Positions 1 to 14,442 of a stretch of 64,000 bases of DNA are shown here, piece after piece. The stretch is from the human T2T-CHM13v2.0 reference genome, Homo sapiens. The position numbers and the translations under genes were made by a program. The stretch's first letter is position 1. The number at the start of each line of letters is the position of its first letter. The DNA is taken from NCBI RefSeq assembly GCF_009914755.1, contig NC_060935.1; one strand, given 5' to 3'. The notes under the pieces are model-generated. The model saw only the letters and a program-made list of their open reading frames with translations, did no database searches and was not told the origin of the DNA.

Positions 1-222
1 AGTGTGTGGCACCTCCCCGTCTCCCTCTTCTCCTCTGGCCTCGTAAGACGTGCCTGCTCCCCCTTGACCCTCCACCATGACTGTAAGTTTCCTGGGGTCT
101 CCATAGAAGCAGAAGCCACTATGCTTCCTGTACAGCCTGCAGAACCATGAGCCAATTGAAACTATTTTCTTTATAAATTACCCAGTCACAGATATTTCTT
201 TATAGCAGAACGGACTAATACG
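1..222 (+). mobile_element. MaLR LTR (MSTA/MSTB-type), 3' part, inserted into Tigger1
   Basis: Typical MST text: CCATGACTGTAAGTTTCCTG...AGAAGCAGAAGCCACTATGCTTCCTGTACAGCCTGCAGAACCATGAGCCAATT...TATAAATTACCCAGTC...GAACGGACTAATAC. Tigger1 sequence starts immediately after. Confidence 0.9.
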
Positions 223-1623
223 CATGCCATCCAGGACTTTCATAGCTAGAGAGGAGAAGCCAATGCCTGTCTTCAAACCTTCAAAAGACAAAACAACTCT
301 TTTGTTAGGGGCTAATGTGGCTGGTGACTTTAAAATAAAGCTAATGTTCCTTTGTCATTCAAAAAAGTCTGGAGCTCTTAAGAATTATGGTAAATCTAGT
401 CTTCCTGTGCTCTATAAATGGAACGACAAAGTCTGGATGAAAGCACATATGTTTACAGCATGGTTTACTGAGTATTTTTAGCTCACTGTTGAGATCTACT
501 TCTCAGAAAAAAAGATTCCTTTCAAACTATTACTGCTCATTGACAATGCACCTGGTCTCTGAAGAGCTCAATGGAGATGTACGAGGAGATTAATATTGTT
601 TCCATGTCTGTTAATACATTCATTCTGTTGCCCATGGGTCAAGGAGTAATTTTGACTTTCAAGTCTTTATATTTAAAAGATGCTTTTTGTAAAGCTACAG
701 CTGCCATACATAGTGATTCATCTGTTGGATCTGGGAAAAGTAAACTGAAAACCTTCTAGAAAAGATGCACCATTCTAGATGCTATTCATAACATTCATGA
801 TTAATGGGAGGAAGTCAAAATATAAACATTAACAGGAGTTTGGAAGAAAATGATTCCAACTCTCATGGATAATTTTGAGGGTTCAAGATGTTAGTGGAAG
901 AAGTAACTGCACATGTGTTGTAAATAGTGAGAGACTTTTAGAAGTGGGACATGAAGATGTGACTGCATTGCTGCAATCTCATAATAAAATGTTGGTGGAT
1001 GAGGAGTTGCTTCTTATGGATGATCAAAGAGAGTGATTTCTTGAGATGGAGTCTACTCCTGGTGAAGATGCTGTCTGTGAACATTGTTGAAATGACAACA
1101 AAGGATTTAGAATATTATACAAACTTAGTTGATAAAGCAGTGGCAGGATTTGAAAGGATTGGCTCCAATTTTCAAAGAGTTCTATTGTGGGTGAAATGCT
1201 ACCAAACACCATCACATGCTACAGAGAAATATTTCATGAAAGGGAGAATCAGTCAATGTGGCAAGCTTCATTGTCTTATCTTAAGAAATTGCCACAGCCA
1301 CCCTAACCTTCAGCAAACACCACCCTGACCAGTAAACAACCATCAACACAGAGGCATCACCCTCCACCAGCAAAAAGATTTCTACTCACTGAAGGCTCAG
1401 ATGATTGTTAGCATTTTAAACCAGTGAAGTATTATTAAATTAAGATATATATATCATTTTTAAGACATAATTCTGTTGCACACTTAATATGCTATGATGT
1501 AGTATAAATGTAACTATTATATGCACTAGGAAATCAAACAATTTGTGTGACTTGCTTTATTGTGACATTTGCTTTATTGCTGTGGTCTGGAACTGAACCT
1601 GCAGTATCTCCAAGGTATACCTG
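223..1623 (+). mobile_element. Tigger1 DNA transposon (TcMar-Tigger), 3' ~1.4 kb with right terminal inverted repeat
   Basis: Ends ...GGAACTGAACCTGCAGTATCTCCAAGGTATACCTG followed by TA target site (1624-1625). Internal sequence encodes pogo-type transposase fragments. Confidence 0.95.
224..1200 (+). pseudogene. Disrupted Tigger1 pogo/DDE transposase (C-terminal half)
   Basis: ORFs 224-481 ([12 protein letters not shown]...[15 protein letters not shown]...[13 protein letters not shown]) and 571-759 (...[16 protein letters not shown]) are separated by stops. LLIDNAPG motif at ~532-555. Confidence 0.9.
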
Positions 1624-1749
1624 TAGTTATTTCCTCCAGATATACATTATACCCTTAATTAGATGTAAAACTTTGTTCTTTTGCACCTCCTTGTTCCTCT
1701 TTTTAGATTGCCTCTCCACTATCTGTGTGGCGATCTTTCATTTATTACC

Positions 1750-2044
1750 ATAGGGCTTTGCTCATCTCTAACCTCCTATGTGAAGCCTTTTCTAGCTGCC
1801 CTGGAGAGAGCAAATGGCTCCCTCCACCACATTTTCATTTGTATTTCACTCCACTTCTGTACTTTTCAAAATATTCGCAATTATTTGTTTGCTTGTGTCT
1901 TTCCTCGCTAACAGTCAGTTCTTCAAAGGGAGGAATAGCACCGTTTTCATTCTTATGTCTCCCCAGCATCTAGCTCGGTAGTTAGTATTACTATTTATTA
2001 TTTAAATAGATGGATTAATGAATGAATGAATGATTGAGTGAATG
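1750..2044 (+). mobile_element. L2 3' end fragment
   Basis: TGTCTCCCCAGCATCTAGC and terminal (TGAA)n repeat typical of the L2 3' end. Confidence 0.7.
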
Positions 2045-2739
2045 TTTAATTAATTAGAAAAATAATTATTTTTCCTAGGAGAAAAGAGCCCCGAGAAAAC
2101 TGCGAGAGTAGTATTGATACTGTGGCTTTCTCACGGCTGCTCCCGCCTTCACCCACCCACACACGGGCAGAGCACCGCACTGCAGGCAGAGACCAGCAGG
2201 GTCAGGAGAAGTTATGCCAATCCCAAATCAGAAAATTTGTCTTCCATCTGCGAGCTAGATCCGGTTACCTGGGGAACCAGATTTATCTCTGTGTCCTCAA
2301 TACAGTACATCTCAATGAGGGCACTTTTAATAACCAATTGATGTGTAATTGCCTGTATAAATTATGTATCTCTTATCCAGCTCCAGTGCATGGAGTGAAT
2401 TATGGAGAAAACCTCCCCTCAGGACAGTTATGTGGCTGCTATGATGTGATTGTAGGGTCCTTCAGAGAGTTTTAAAGGGGACCTAATCCACTTCTGTTGG
2501 GCTTTTCAGACATTCTTTGAAGAGAAGATGGAAAAGGGAAAAGAGTCACAGGAATCTGTAAACTCACATAACAGAGAATCAGAAATATAGAAACATTGAA
2601 TTTCAGCCTTAGAAAGACCTCAGAGGTCATTGAGTTCAAATTTCTAACAACTAGTTTAACCACCTGAATAAGACAAGATAAGGGAGTGTTTGTCCTCTGC
2701 TTGATATCTTCAGTGGTGTGAGATGGGATTGTGGAGTGC

Positions 2740-2900
2740 TAAAAGCAAGGTTTTTGTACTTAGGCAAAACAGAGGTCAAATGCTATGTGACCTAGAGAAG
2801 AGACTGAGTCTCCCTGGGCCTCAGTATTTTTGTGTGAAAGGAGAATAATGCTTACCTCATTGGATTACCATGATTGTTAGATGAAAAAGTACATGATGAT
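2740..2900 (+). mobile_element. MIR fragment
   Basis: Degenerate core: TATGTGACCT...CTGGGCCTCAGT...TGTGAAAGGAGAATAATGCTTACCTCATTGG. Confidence 0.6.
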
Positions 2901-3634
2901 AATAATATTGTCAAGATATTAAATGTATACTAAGTTTTATTTTCCCCATGTTCCCAATCACAAGTCCTGTTCCCCTACAGCCATCCTGCCCTTTGGATCC
3001 TTGAGAACCTTAAGGCACGAGCCACCTCTTGCCGAGGAGGACGCGCTATAGGAAAGATTATCTCCATGAAGAAGGGAGAGAAAAGGAAGCCTTTCCAGTT
3101 TTGAGACAGTACATGTGAGGCAGAAGAGGCAGTCATCCGAGAAGCATGGGTTTCAGGATTCGTATTCCTGCTTTAGGGAAAATCCTGGAAGGGTAGAGTT
3201 AGGCAGGTTGATGGGAGAGTTAAAGATGAAGAAGTAAATGCCCCTTCCTTAAGTGCATCTACGAGGAGCCACTCCTCAGGGTCATCTCACAAGCACCATG
3301 GGCATCAGTAGCAAAAGTGGAAATGTGGCACATTCAGGCAGAGAAGACATGAGTCAGCCTCTATGGGCTTCTGAATGTTCTTCAGGAAGAGCAGAGGTGG
3401 CTGATTTCAGAGGCTTGGGGCCTGCCAGTGAGATGCTGAGTCTGGCTGAGAGATGTCCCCATTGCATCTCCATTGAAAGTGTTTAGTCTAAACCTCAGAA
3501 GTGATGAAGAATGTAGTCCAGGACCAAAAGGGCTTCCACAGTGCCAGAGGAGATAAAGTGAGCCTGGTCAGCAAGAGTGGTCCAGCTGATCTTGACCCAG
3601 CCTGGAGAACAAGCGGTCAAATCACCAGCGGACC

Positions 3635-3740
3635 TGTATTTTACAAATGAGAATGCTGAGGCTTGGACGGATTAGGTAACTCCATCGAAGTTAGGAATGC
3701 AGTAAGCGGTCAAGCCAGAACTCAATCCTAGGTCTAGGCT
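3635..3740 (-). mobile_element. MIR fragment
   Basis: Reverse MIR core ATTTTACAAATGAGAATGCTGAGGCT...AGGTAACT. Confidence 0.65.
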
Positions 3741-4254
3741 GCTATGGTACACGGGATGAGTCTTTTGGGTACAGTTTCCTAATAAGTTGAAAGCCACCTA
3801 TTCTTCTGTCACACAGCCAAATTCTTTGACTTGCTCAGAGTAACATCATCTGAGGGGCAGGCACTCCATGTTGGACAATGGCTGGACTCTCTATCCTTCT
3901 CCCTGAGAAGTAGAATTAGGTATCGAATAGAGCAAAGGCACATCCTTCTGACCAGAAAAATATGTTTTCTTGATCTCTTAGTGTGTGACACTTAGCTAAA
4001 TGGTATATAAGGAAAGTTCTGTAAATACAGTCTATGATCTCCAAGAACTGAGAAATAAATAGCCAGTGTCACAGACAGTTGTGGATGCAGATCATAAAAA
4101 GAAATAAAACAAAAAACCAGGTGAAACTAAAACAAACCAGGACTTGCAGATATTCTTATATTGCAGTGACATGCATTTATGGAATGGAACCATTGCCCAC
4201 CACAAGGGTGATAGTGAGAGTGTATCAGGGAGGTGCATGAGGAGGGTCTGAGGG

Positions 4255-4470
4255 CAACAATAGTGTAAAGACAAACACCATGGGCTTTGGAGACAGAGTT
4301 CAGAACTGTCACTTGCTTGGTGTGGAACCCTGGGGAATTTACTCCTCCTCACCAAGCCTCAGTTTCCTCATGTGTAAACAGGAACATTTTTAGGCTCCCA
4401 TAAGGTTGTTTTGTAGATTAGATGAGATACTGCCTGTGAAATACCTAGCCCAAGTCCCAGCACAGCAACA
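4255..4470 (+). mobile_element. MIR (near full length)
   Basis: GGGCTTTGGAGACAGA...GCCTCAGTTTCCTCATGTGTAAA...GGTTGTTTTGTAGATTAGATGAGAT. Confidence 0.8.
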
Positions 4471-5594
4471 CCCCCTGGACACTATGAGTGCTGTGACTCT
4501 TGTTCTCACCATTATTATCTCTGAGACTTCTGAGGTATCTGAAAAGGCCATCGGCTCTTCCTTCATCCATGAAGAGTAAGAAGTGCAAAGGGAGCCTGTG
4601 TTTTTATTCTAGGCTTCTCCCAGGAGGAACAGATGTAGAGGCATCTCCACAGACTTTACGTCTGGACTCCACTCCTAGACATCTGGCAAGGAGAACTCTG
4701 TTGGCAGTGGTCCAAGCCTCCAACTGTGGTTCTCTGGGAGGCTCTTCACCTTGTGTGTGGGTGGGGCTCTTACAACTCTATCTCCTAATCCACCGTCACC
4801 TCCCCAGAAATAAGGACCTTTCATTTTTCTCTACATGATGTCCGGCTTTGTTTGACATAATGTTGAAATAATTTTCTCACTTACTTCTAATCCTTTCAAA
4901 TAAGCCAGCTAATGTAAGACTCCAAGAATTGGCAACAGGGATAATTTGCTATGTCATGTTTCAATACATTAATAATCTAATTTTATACCTAGTTAAATTG
5001 AAAGCAGGCTGAATTCAGTGTCATCTTAATTACAGTCATTCTCATTCTTAAATATCCATGTTTTATCCTAATTATCAAGTATTTTAATATGAATAAACAG
5101 ATAATGCCATGGACTCTCATCTTCTTTTATAGTTAAGGTTGAAACGGCCCTTCTTCCTGAATGGCCCTAAAAGGTCAACCTCTGTCTGAGGAATTCTCTT
5201 CACAGTGATGTATTTTCGAAGACTTTTATTTTCTTGGTAACTTGCTGAGACTTTGGCTCTTAACCTTAGTGCCCTAGATACAATGAGGATCACCTGAAAT
5301 TGTAAAGTGAGTTGAGATATTTGAGTAAGAGGTGCCTAAGTGCCTTGGGAGGGGCCCTATAAAACTGAATTCAGACCAGAGTCTAGATAAGGGGCTGGTA
5401 AATCACTTAGGATGATAAAAGAGCTGGCTGGGGACTTCCCAGCCCTGTCTTCCTGAATTAATTAATTACACTCTTGTGCCATTTCCTGGCACCTGAGGTC
5501 TTTAAGGACTTAGAGTTGAAATCTAGTAATACCGCAGAGGCTAGTTTGAATTTTTCTCTTTTGCGCTGATACCTCCTGAATTGATAATTGTGAA

Positions 5595-5800
5595 TACTAA
5601 TAGCTTCTTTTAATTGAATGCCTACTATTTGCAGAAAGTTTGCATGTTGTATCCCTAATTCTCATAAAAATTCTTTAAAGTGGGTCTTAGTCCTTTTGTG
5701 GAAAAAGAAACCAAAAACCATAAAAACAAACAAAGTTCCTGTAATTTCATAACTGATAAACCACAGAGTTACAATTCAAACCTAGAAGCCTTGGCTTTTT
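5595..5800 (-). mobile_element. Degenerate MIR
   Basis: AATAGCT...ATTGAATGCCTACTAT...ATTCAAACCTAG resembles reverse MIR. Confidence 0.5.
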
Positions 5801-6109
5801 CTCAGTTCTCAACTCAGCCCAAAGCTCCATATAGCAGCATCCCCTACAGGAATCAAAATTTACTGTGCTCTTGGAGAGGGCTCCCAGCTTCCCTGTCAGC
5901 CCTTGTGAGGGCTCCTGGTGGAGGGTGGAATGAAGAGATGGAGGCTGTAGGTAATTTGCAAAAGCAGCCCCTGTTGTAGGTGATGATGCTCATTTCCATG
6001 CAAGCTGCCCCAGCTCAGGAGAGCATCTTCCTCAGGCAGCTGAACACATGGGGAGCCACTCATCCCTCTGGCTTCTGAAAGCAAGGGACAACCATAAAGT
6101 ATTTTAGAA

Positions 6110-6405
6110 CAGAGTAGGCCAACTTTTTCTGAAAAGGCCCAGGTAGTAAATATTTTTGGCTTTGTGGACTTTACTACCTCTTTCACAACTACTCAATTAT
6201 GCCGATGTAGAGAAAGCAGACAGCAATATATCTGTGGCTCTGTTGCAAAAAACTTCATTTATAGACACTGACATTTGAACTTCATGTAATTTTCATTGTC
6301 ATAACATATTATTCTTTTGAGTGTAAAACCCATTCTTAGCTCTCAGCCATTCTTAGCAGGTAGCAGGCCAGATGTGGCCTGCAGGCTGTAGTTTGCTCAC
6401 CCCTG
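6110..6405 (+). mobile_element. MER58B (hAT-Charlie non-autonomous DNA transposon)
   Basis: Ends CAGAGTAGGCCAAC.../...GTTTGCTCACCCCTG. Decayed 8-bp TSD TTTTAGAA (6102-6109) / CTTTAGAG (6406-6413). Confidence 0.85.
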
Positions 6406-6519
6406 CTTTAGAGAGTCAATTCGTTTTTAACTTGCAATTTCAAATAACAACTGAACATTTTTAAGTGGCTCTTGAACACTAGAGACAATACTGTGCAGTC
6501 GATTTTTCTGGGTTAGGAT

Positions 6520-8410
<1,891 letters not shown>

Positions 8411-8597
8411 TGTAGTGGGCAGATTTCTAACATGGCCACAGTGATCCCTGCCTTCTGGAATTTACACTTTTGTGTAATCTCCTGCCCTTTAATGCAGGCT
8501 GACCTGCTAACCTGCTTCTCACCAATAGAATATGGCAAATTTAAAATAATGTAACTTTCATGGTTAGGCTAGAAGAGATTGTGACTCTTTTCTTGCT
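8411..8597 (+). mobile_element. MLT1F-type MaLR LTR, 5' fragment
   Basis: TGTAGTGGGCAGATTTCTAACATGGCC...TGTGTAATCTCCT...TGCTTCTCACCAATAGAATATGGCAAA matches the MLT1F 5' end. Truncated by the L1MB. Confidence 0.75.
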
Positions 8598-10105
8598 CTT
8601 AGTTGGGATACAATGTACGTACCATACAATTCACCAATTTAAACTGTAGGATTCAATGACTTTTAGTATATTGTCAGAGTTGTGCAACCGTCATCACAAT
8701 CTAATTATGGAACATTTTTATCGCCTCTAAAGAAAACCTCTACCCACTAGCAGTAACTACATATATGCCCCTCTCACCCCAGTCGGAGGCAACAACCAAT
8801 CTATCTTCCGTCTTTATAAATTTGCCTGTGAAATTATAACAACATGTGGTGGTTGGTGACTGGTTTATTTCAATTAGCAGAATGTTTTCAAGGTTCATCC
8901 AGTTGTGGCATGTAGCTGTACTTGATTTATTTATATTGTTGAACAATATTCATTTGGATGAATATACCACATTTTGGTTACATATTCATGAATTGATGGA
9001 CATATGGATTATTTCCACATTTAATAAATTCTGTGAACATTTTTGTAAGCATATTTGTGTGTATATTTTTTTCTCAGGTATATACTTATGAGTAAAATAC
9101 CTGGGTCATATGATAACTATATGTTTAACATTTTGAAAAATTGCCAACCATCTCCAACAGCAATAGATGAGGATTCAAATTTTTCCATATCCTTACAAAC
9201 ACTTGTTTTTGCCTGCCTTTTTAAGTAGTCATATCAATGGTTATAAAGTGGTATCTCATCAAGGTTTTGATTTGCATTTCCCTAATTACTAATAATTTTA
9301 GCATGGTTTTATGTGTTTATTGGCCATTAGCTTATACCTTTTGTAGAAATGTCTATGCAAATCATTTGTCCAATTTAAAGTTGGATAATCTGTTTTTTAA
9401 AATAATAGTTGAGTTGTAAGAGTCTTTTACATATACGAACACAAGTCCCTCATCAGAAGTATAACTTAAAAGTATTTTCTCTAATTCTGTGGATTGTCTT
9501 TTCACATTATTGATAATATCATTTGCAGAACAAGTGTTTTTAATTTTTATGCAGTTCAGTCCAATTCATCTATTTTTTTCTTTCATTTGCTGTGCTTTTA
9601 GTGTCGTATTAAGACTACCGCCTAACCCAAGGAAATGAATGCTTTCTTCTAATAGTTGTATAGTTTTAGGTCTTAAGTCCTTTTATTCATTTGAAATTAA
9701 TTTCTGTATATATTGTGAGTTAAGTGTACATGTCCATTGTTTTCTGTGGATTTACAGTTTTCTCAGCACCATTGGTTGGAGATACTATTCATTCCACCTT
9801 TGTGGAAAACTAATTGTAGATGTAATGGTTTATTTCTGGATTCTCAATTCTATTTTACTGATCTATATGCCTATCTTTTTGCTAGTTGCCACAATGCCTG
9901 ATTACTATAGCTTTATAGCAAACTCTGAAATTGGGAAGTATGAGTCTTTGAACTTTGTTCTTTTCCAAGATTGTTTTGGATATTGTGGATTCCTTGCATT
10001 CTCATACAAATAATAGGATCAGTTTGTCAATTTCTGCAAAGAAGCCTGCTAGGCTTTAATAGGCATTACATTAAATCCATAATTCAATTTGGGAATTATT
10101 GTCAT

Positions 10106-11887
10106 ATTTTTTGTTTTACTTTAAGTTCTGGGATACGTGTGCAGAATGTGCAGGTTTGTTACATAGGTATACATGTGCCATGATGGTTTGCTGCACCCAT
10201 CAACCCATCATCTACATTAGGTATTTCTCCCAGTGCTATCTCTCTTCTGGCCCCATACCCCCCTACAGGCCCCAGTGTGTGATATTCCCCTCCATGTGTC
10301 GATGTACTCTCATTGTTTAACTCCCACTTATGAGTGAGAACATGTGTGTTTGGTTTTCTGTTCCTGTGTTAGTTTGCTGAGAATGATGGTTTCCAGCTTC
10401 ATCCATGTCCCTGCAAAGGACATGAACTCATCCTTTTTTATGGCTGCATAGTATTCCATGGTGTATATGTGACACATTTTCTTTATCCAGTCTATCTTTG
10501 ATGGGCATTTGGGTTGGTTCCAAGTCTTTGCTATTGTGAACAGTGCTGCAATAAACATATGTGTGCACATGTCTTTATAGTAGAATGATTTATAATCCTT
10601 TGGGTATATACCCAGTAATGGGATTGCTGGTTCAAATTGTATTTCTGGTTCTAGATCCTTGAGGAATTTTCACACTGTCTTCCACAATGGTTGAACTAAT
10701 TTACACTCCAGACCACAGTGTAAAAGCATTCTTATTTCTCCACATTCTCTCTAGCATCTGTTGTTTCCTGACTTTTTAATGATTGCCATTCTAACTGGCA
10801 TGAGGTGGTATCTCATTGTGGTTTTAATTTGCATTTCTCTAATGACCAGTGATGATGAGCCTTTTTTCATATGTTTGCTTTCATATGTCTTCTTTCGAGA
10901 AGTGTCTGTTCATATCCTTCACCCACTTTTTGATGGGGTTGTTTTTTCTTGTAATTTTGCTTAAGTTCCTTGTAGATTCTGGATATTAGACTTTTGTCAG
11001 AAGAACAGATTGCAAAACTTTTCTCCCATTCTGTAGGTTGCCTATTCACTCTGATGCTAGTTTCTTTTGCTGTGCAGAAGCTCTTTAGTTTAGTTGGATC
11101 TCATTTGTCAATTTTGGCTTTTGTTGCCATTGCTTTTGGTGTTTTAGTCATGAAAACTTTGCCAATGCTCATGTCCTTGCCTAGATTTTCCTCTAGGGTT
11201 TTTATGGTTTTAGGTCTTAGGTTTAGGTCTTTAATCCATCTTGAGTTAATTTTTGTATAAAGTGTAAGGAAGGGGTCCAGTTTCAGTTTACTGCATATGG
11301 CTAGCCAGTTTTCCCAACACCATTTATTAAAGAGGGAATCCTTTCCTCATTGCTTGTTTTTGTTAGATTTGTCAAAGATCAGATGGTTGTCGATGTGTGA
11401 TGTTATTTCTGAGGCCTCTGTTCTGTTCCATTGGTCTACATATCTGTTTTGGTACCAGTATTATGCTGTTTTGGTTACTGTGGCCTTATAGTATAGTTTG
11501 AAGTCAGGTAGCGTGATGCCTCCAGCTTTGTTCTTTTTGCTTAGGATTGTCTTGGCTATAAGAGCTCTTTTTTGGTTCCATATGAAATTTAAAGGAGTTT
11601 TTTCTAATTCTGTGAAGAAAATCAACGGTAGCTTGATGGGGATAGCATTGAATCTATAAATTACTTTGTGCAGTATGGCCATTTTCACGCTATTGATTCT
11701 TCCTATCCATGAGCATGGAATGTTTTTCCATTTGTTTGTGCCCTCTCATTTCCTTGAGCAGTGGTTTGTAGTTCTCCTGGAAGCAGTCCTTCAGATCCCT
11801 TGTAAGTTGTATTCCTAGGTATTTTATTCTCTTTGTAGCAATTGCAAATGGTAGTTCACTCATGATTTGGCTCTGTCTATTATTGGT
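10106..11887 (-). mobile_element. L1PA7-like, 5'-truncated (~1.8 kb)
   Basis: TTTAAGTTCTGGGATAC...CATCTACATTAGGTATTTCTCC. ORF2 C-terminal fragments in ORF track (10328-10570 'HMFIAALFTIAKTWNQPKCPS', 11461-11688 '[11 protein letters not shown]'). Confidence 0.92.
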
Positions 11888-13745
11888 AACAATAGTAAGT
11901 CTTCTAACCTGTGAACATGGGATGCTTTTCCATTCATTCAAACCTTCCTTACATTCTTTTGACCATGTGTTGTATTTTTAGTGTAAAAATCTTTCAGTTC
12001 CTCTGTTAAATTTATATTTAAGTATTTCACTCTGTTTGAAGTTATGTAAACAGATTATTTTCTTAAATTTATCTTCAGAATATTCACTTCTAGTTTAAAG
12101 CAACACAACTGACTTTTTATTTTGGTCTCATTGTCTGAAATCTAGCTGAACTTGCTTTTCAGTTTTAATAGAGTTTTTGGTGGATTCATTATGATTTTCT
12201 GTACATAAGATCATGTTATTTTTCCCTTTTCGGTCTGGTGCTGTTTATCTTTTTTCTTGCCTAATTGCCCTGGCTAGAAACTCCAGTATTGATATTGAAT
12301 AGAGGTGGCAATCATGCTTTTTTGTGATTGGCTTATTTCAATTAGCATAATATTTTCAATGAGAAAGATAAAGCATTGTCTTTTAATATTAAGTATGATA
12401 TTAACTTCGTCTGTTTTTCATAGATGCCGTCAAACTACTTGAGCAAGTTCTTTCCCATTTCTATTTTGCTGAATATTTTAATTATAAATAAGTATTGGAT
12501 TTCTCAAATGCTTTTTCTGCATTGTTTGAGAGACTATATAGCTTTTGTTCATTATTCCACTACTATGATTAATTGATTTTTAGGTATTAAACTAAGCTCT
12601 CATTCCTGGGATAAATCTCACTTGGTTAAGGTGTATAATACTTTCAATACTTTCTTTTTATTTTCCTAAATTTGTTTTTTTAATGTTCGTTATGATTTTC
12701 TTGGTCATGCTCATAAGAGATATTGATTTGTAGTCTTCTTGTTGATGTTTTTGTCTAATTATCAGGATAATACAAGCCTTATAGAATAATCTGTGATGTG
12801 TCCCTTCCTGCTCTATATTTTAAGTGTTTCAGAGCAATTGGTTCTAAGTTTTTGACTGCTTGATAGAATTCAGTCAGCAGTGAAAACATCGAGGCCTTGT
12901 TTTTTATTTATAGGAAGTTTTGAAATTATTAATCTCATCTTATTTGTTATGTAAATTTATATTTTCTGATTTTTTCTTGAGTCAGTTTCAGTAATTTATT
13001 ATCCACGGGATTTGTCCATTTCACTTAGTGGCATACAGTTATTCATAGTATTTACAGTATTCATATATATATATATATGTGTGTGTGTGAATGTGTGTAA
13101 TTCTGTGTTTGTTAATTGATGTTTCGTCTTTCATTCTTGATTTTAGTAACTAAATCTCTTTTTTCTTGGTCAGTCTAGATACAATTTGTCAGGTTTCACA
13201 ACATTTTCAAAAATTTAGTCTTTGGCTTTATTGATTTGCTCTATTGTTTTTCTATACTTTATTTCATTTATTTATTTTCACTCATTGTTATTTCCTTTCT
13301 ACTTCTTCCTTTGGGTTTTGTTTGCACTTTCCAATTTTCTTATGGTATAAACTTAGTTTATTGATTTGAAATCTTTTGGTTTCTTAATAGAAATGTTTAC
13401 AGCTATAAGTTTCCTGGTGAACACTATTTTAGTAGCATTTAATGCACTTTTGGTATGTTGTAAATATGTTTTTCTTTATCTCAAAGTATTTTCTAATTAC
13501 ATTTGCAAACTTTTCTTTAACTTATTGGTTATTTAGGAGTGTGGTGTTTACCTTCTACATATTTGTAAATTTCCCAGATATCTCCCTGTTATTGATTTCT
13601 AATTTAATCCACTTCATTTCATTGTCATCGGAAAATATACCATAAATTTAATTCTTTTAAATATATTGAGGCTTCTATTTTTGGTCTAGCATATAATCTA
13701 AACTGGATAATGTTCTCTGTGTGCTTAAAAAGAATGCGTATTCTG

Positions 13746-14098
<353 letters not shown>

Positions 14099-14442
14099 TC
14101 AGTCTGGTTTGTTTTTAATGTTGTTCATTTTTTTTCCTTGTTTATCTTATGCCTCATTGCTCTATCCATTTTTGAAATTGAGGTTTTAAAGTCCCCAACT
14201 ATTATTGTTAAATTTTGTTAATAAATGCATTTATGTTAATAATGTTAATGTTATTAATGAATTAACTCTTCTTATTACCATAAAAGGTCCTACTTTATGT
14301 CTAAAAGTTTTTGGTTTACAGTTTATTTTGCTTCCCCATCTGCTAGCTACTCTATTTGTTTTTTTAATAATTTATTTTTCTCATTATTGTACTTTTCATT
14401 TGTAGTTTTGATTCTGAATTGTGTCTCTTGTATACAGTTGGA

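Noticed and set aside
224-759. Domesticated TIGD-type gene
   Set aside because: Multiple stops and frameshifts, an LTR inserted in the ORF and an intact TIR indicate an ordinary decayed Tigger1.
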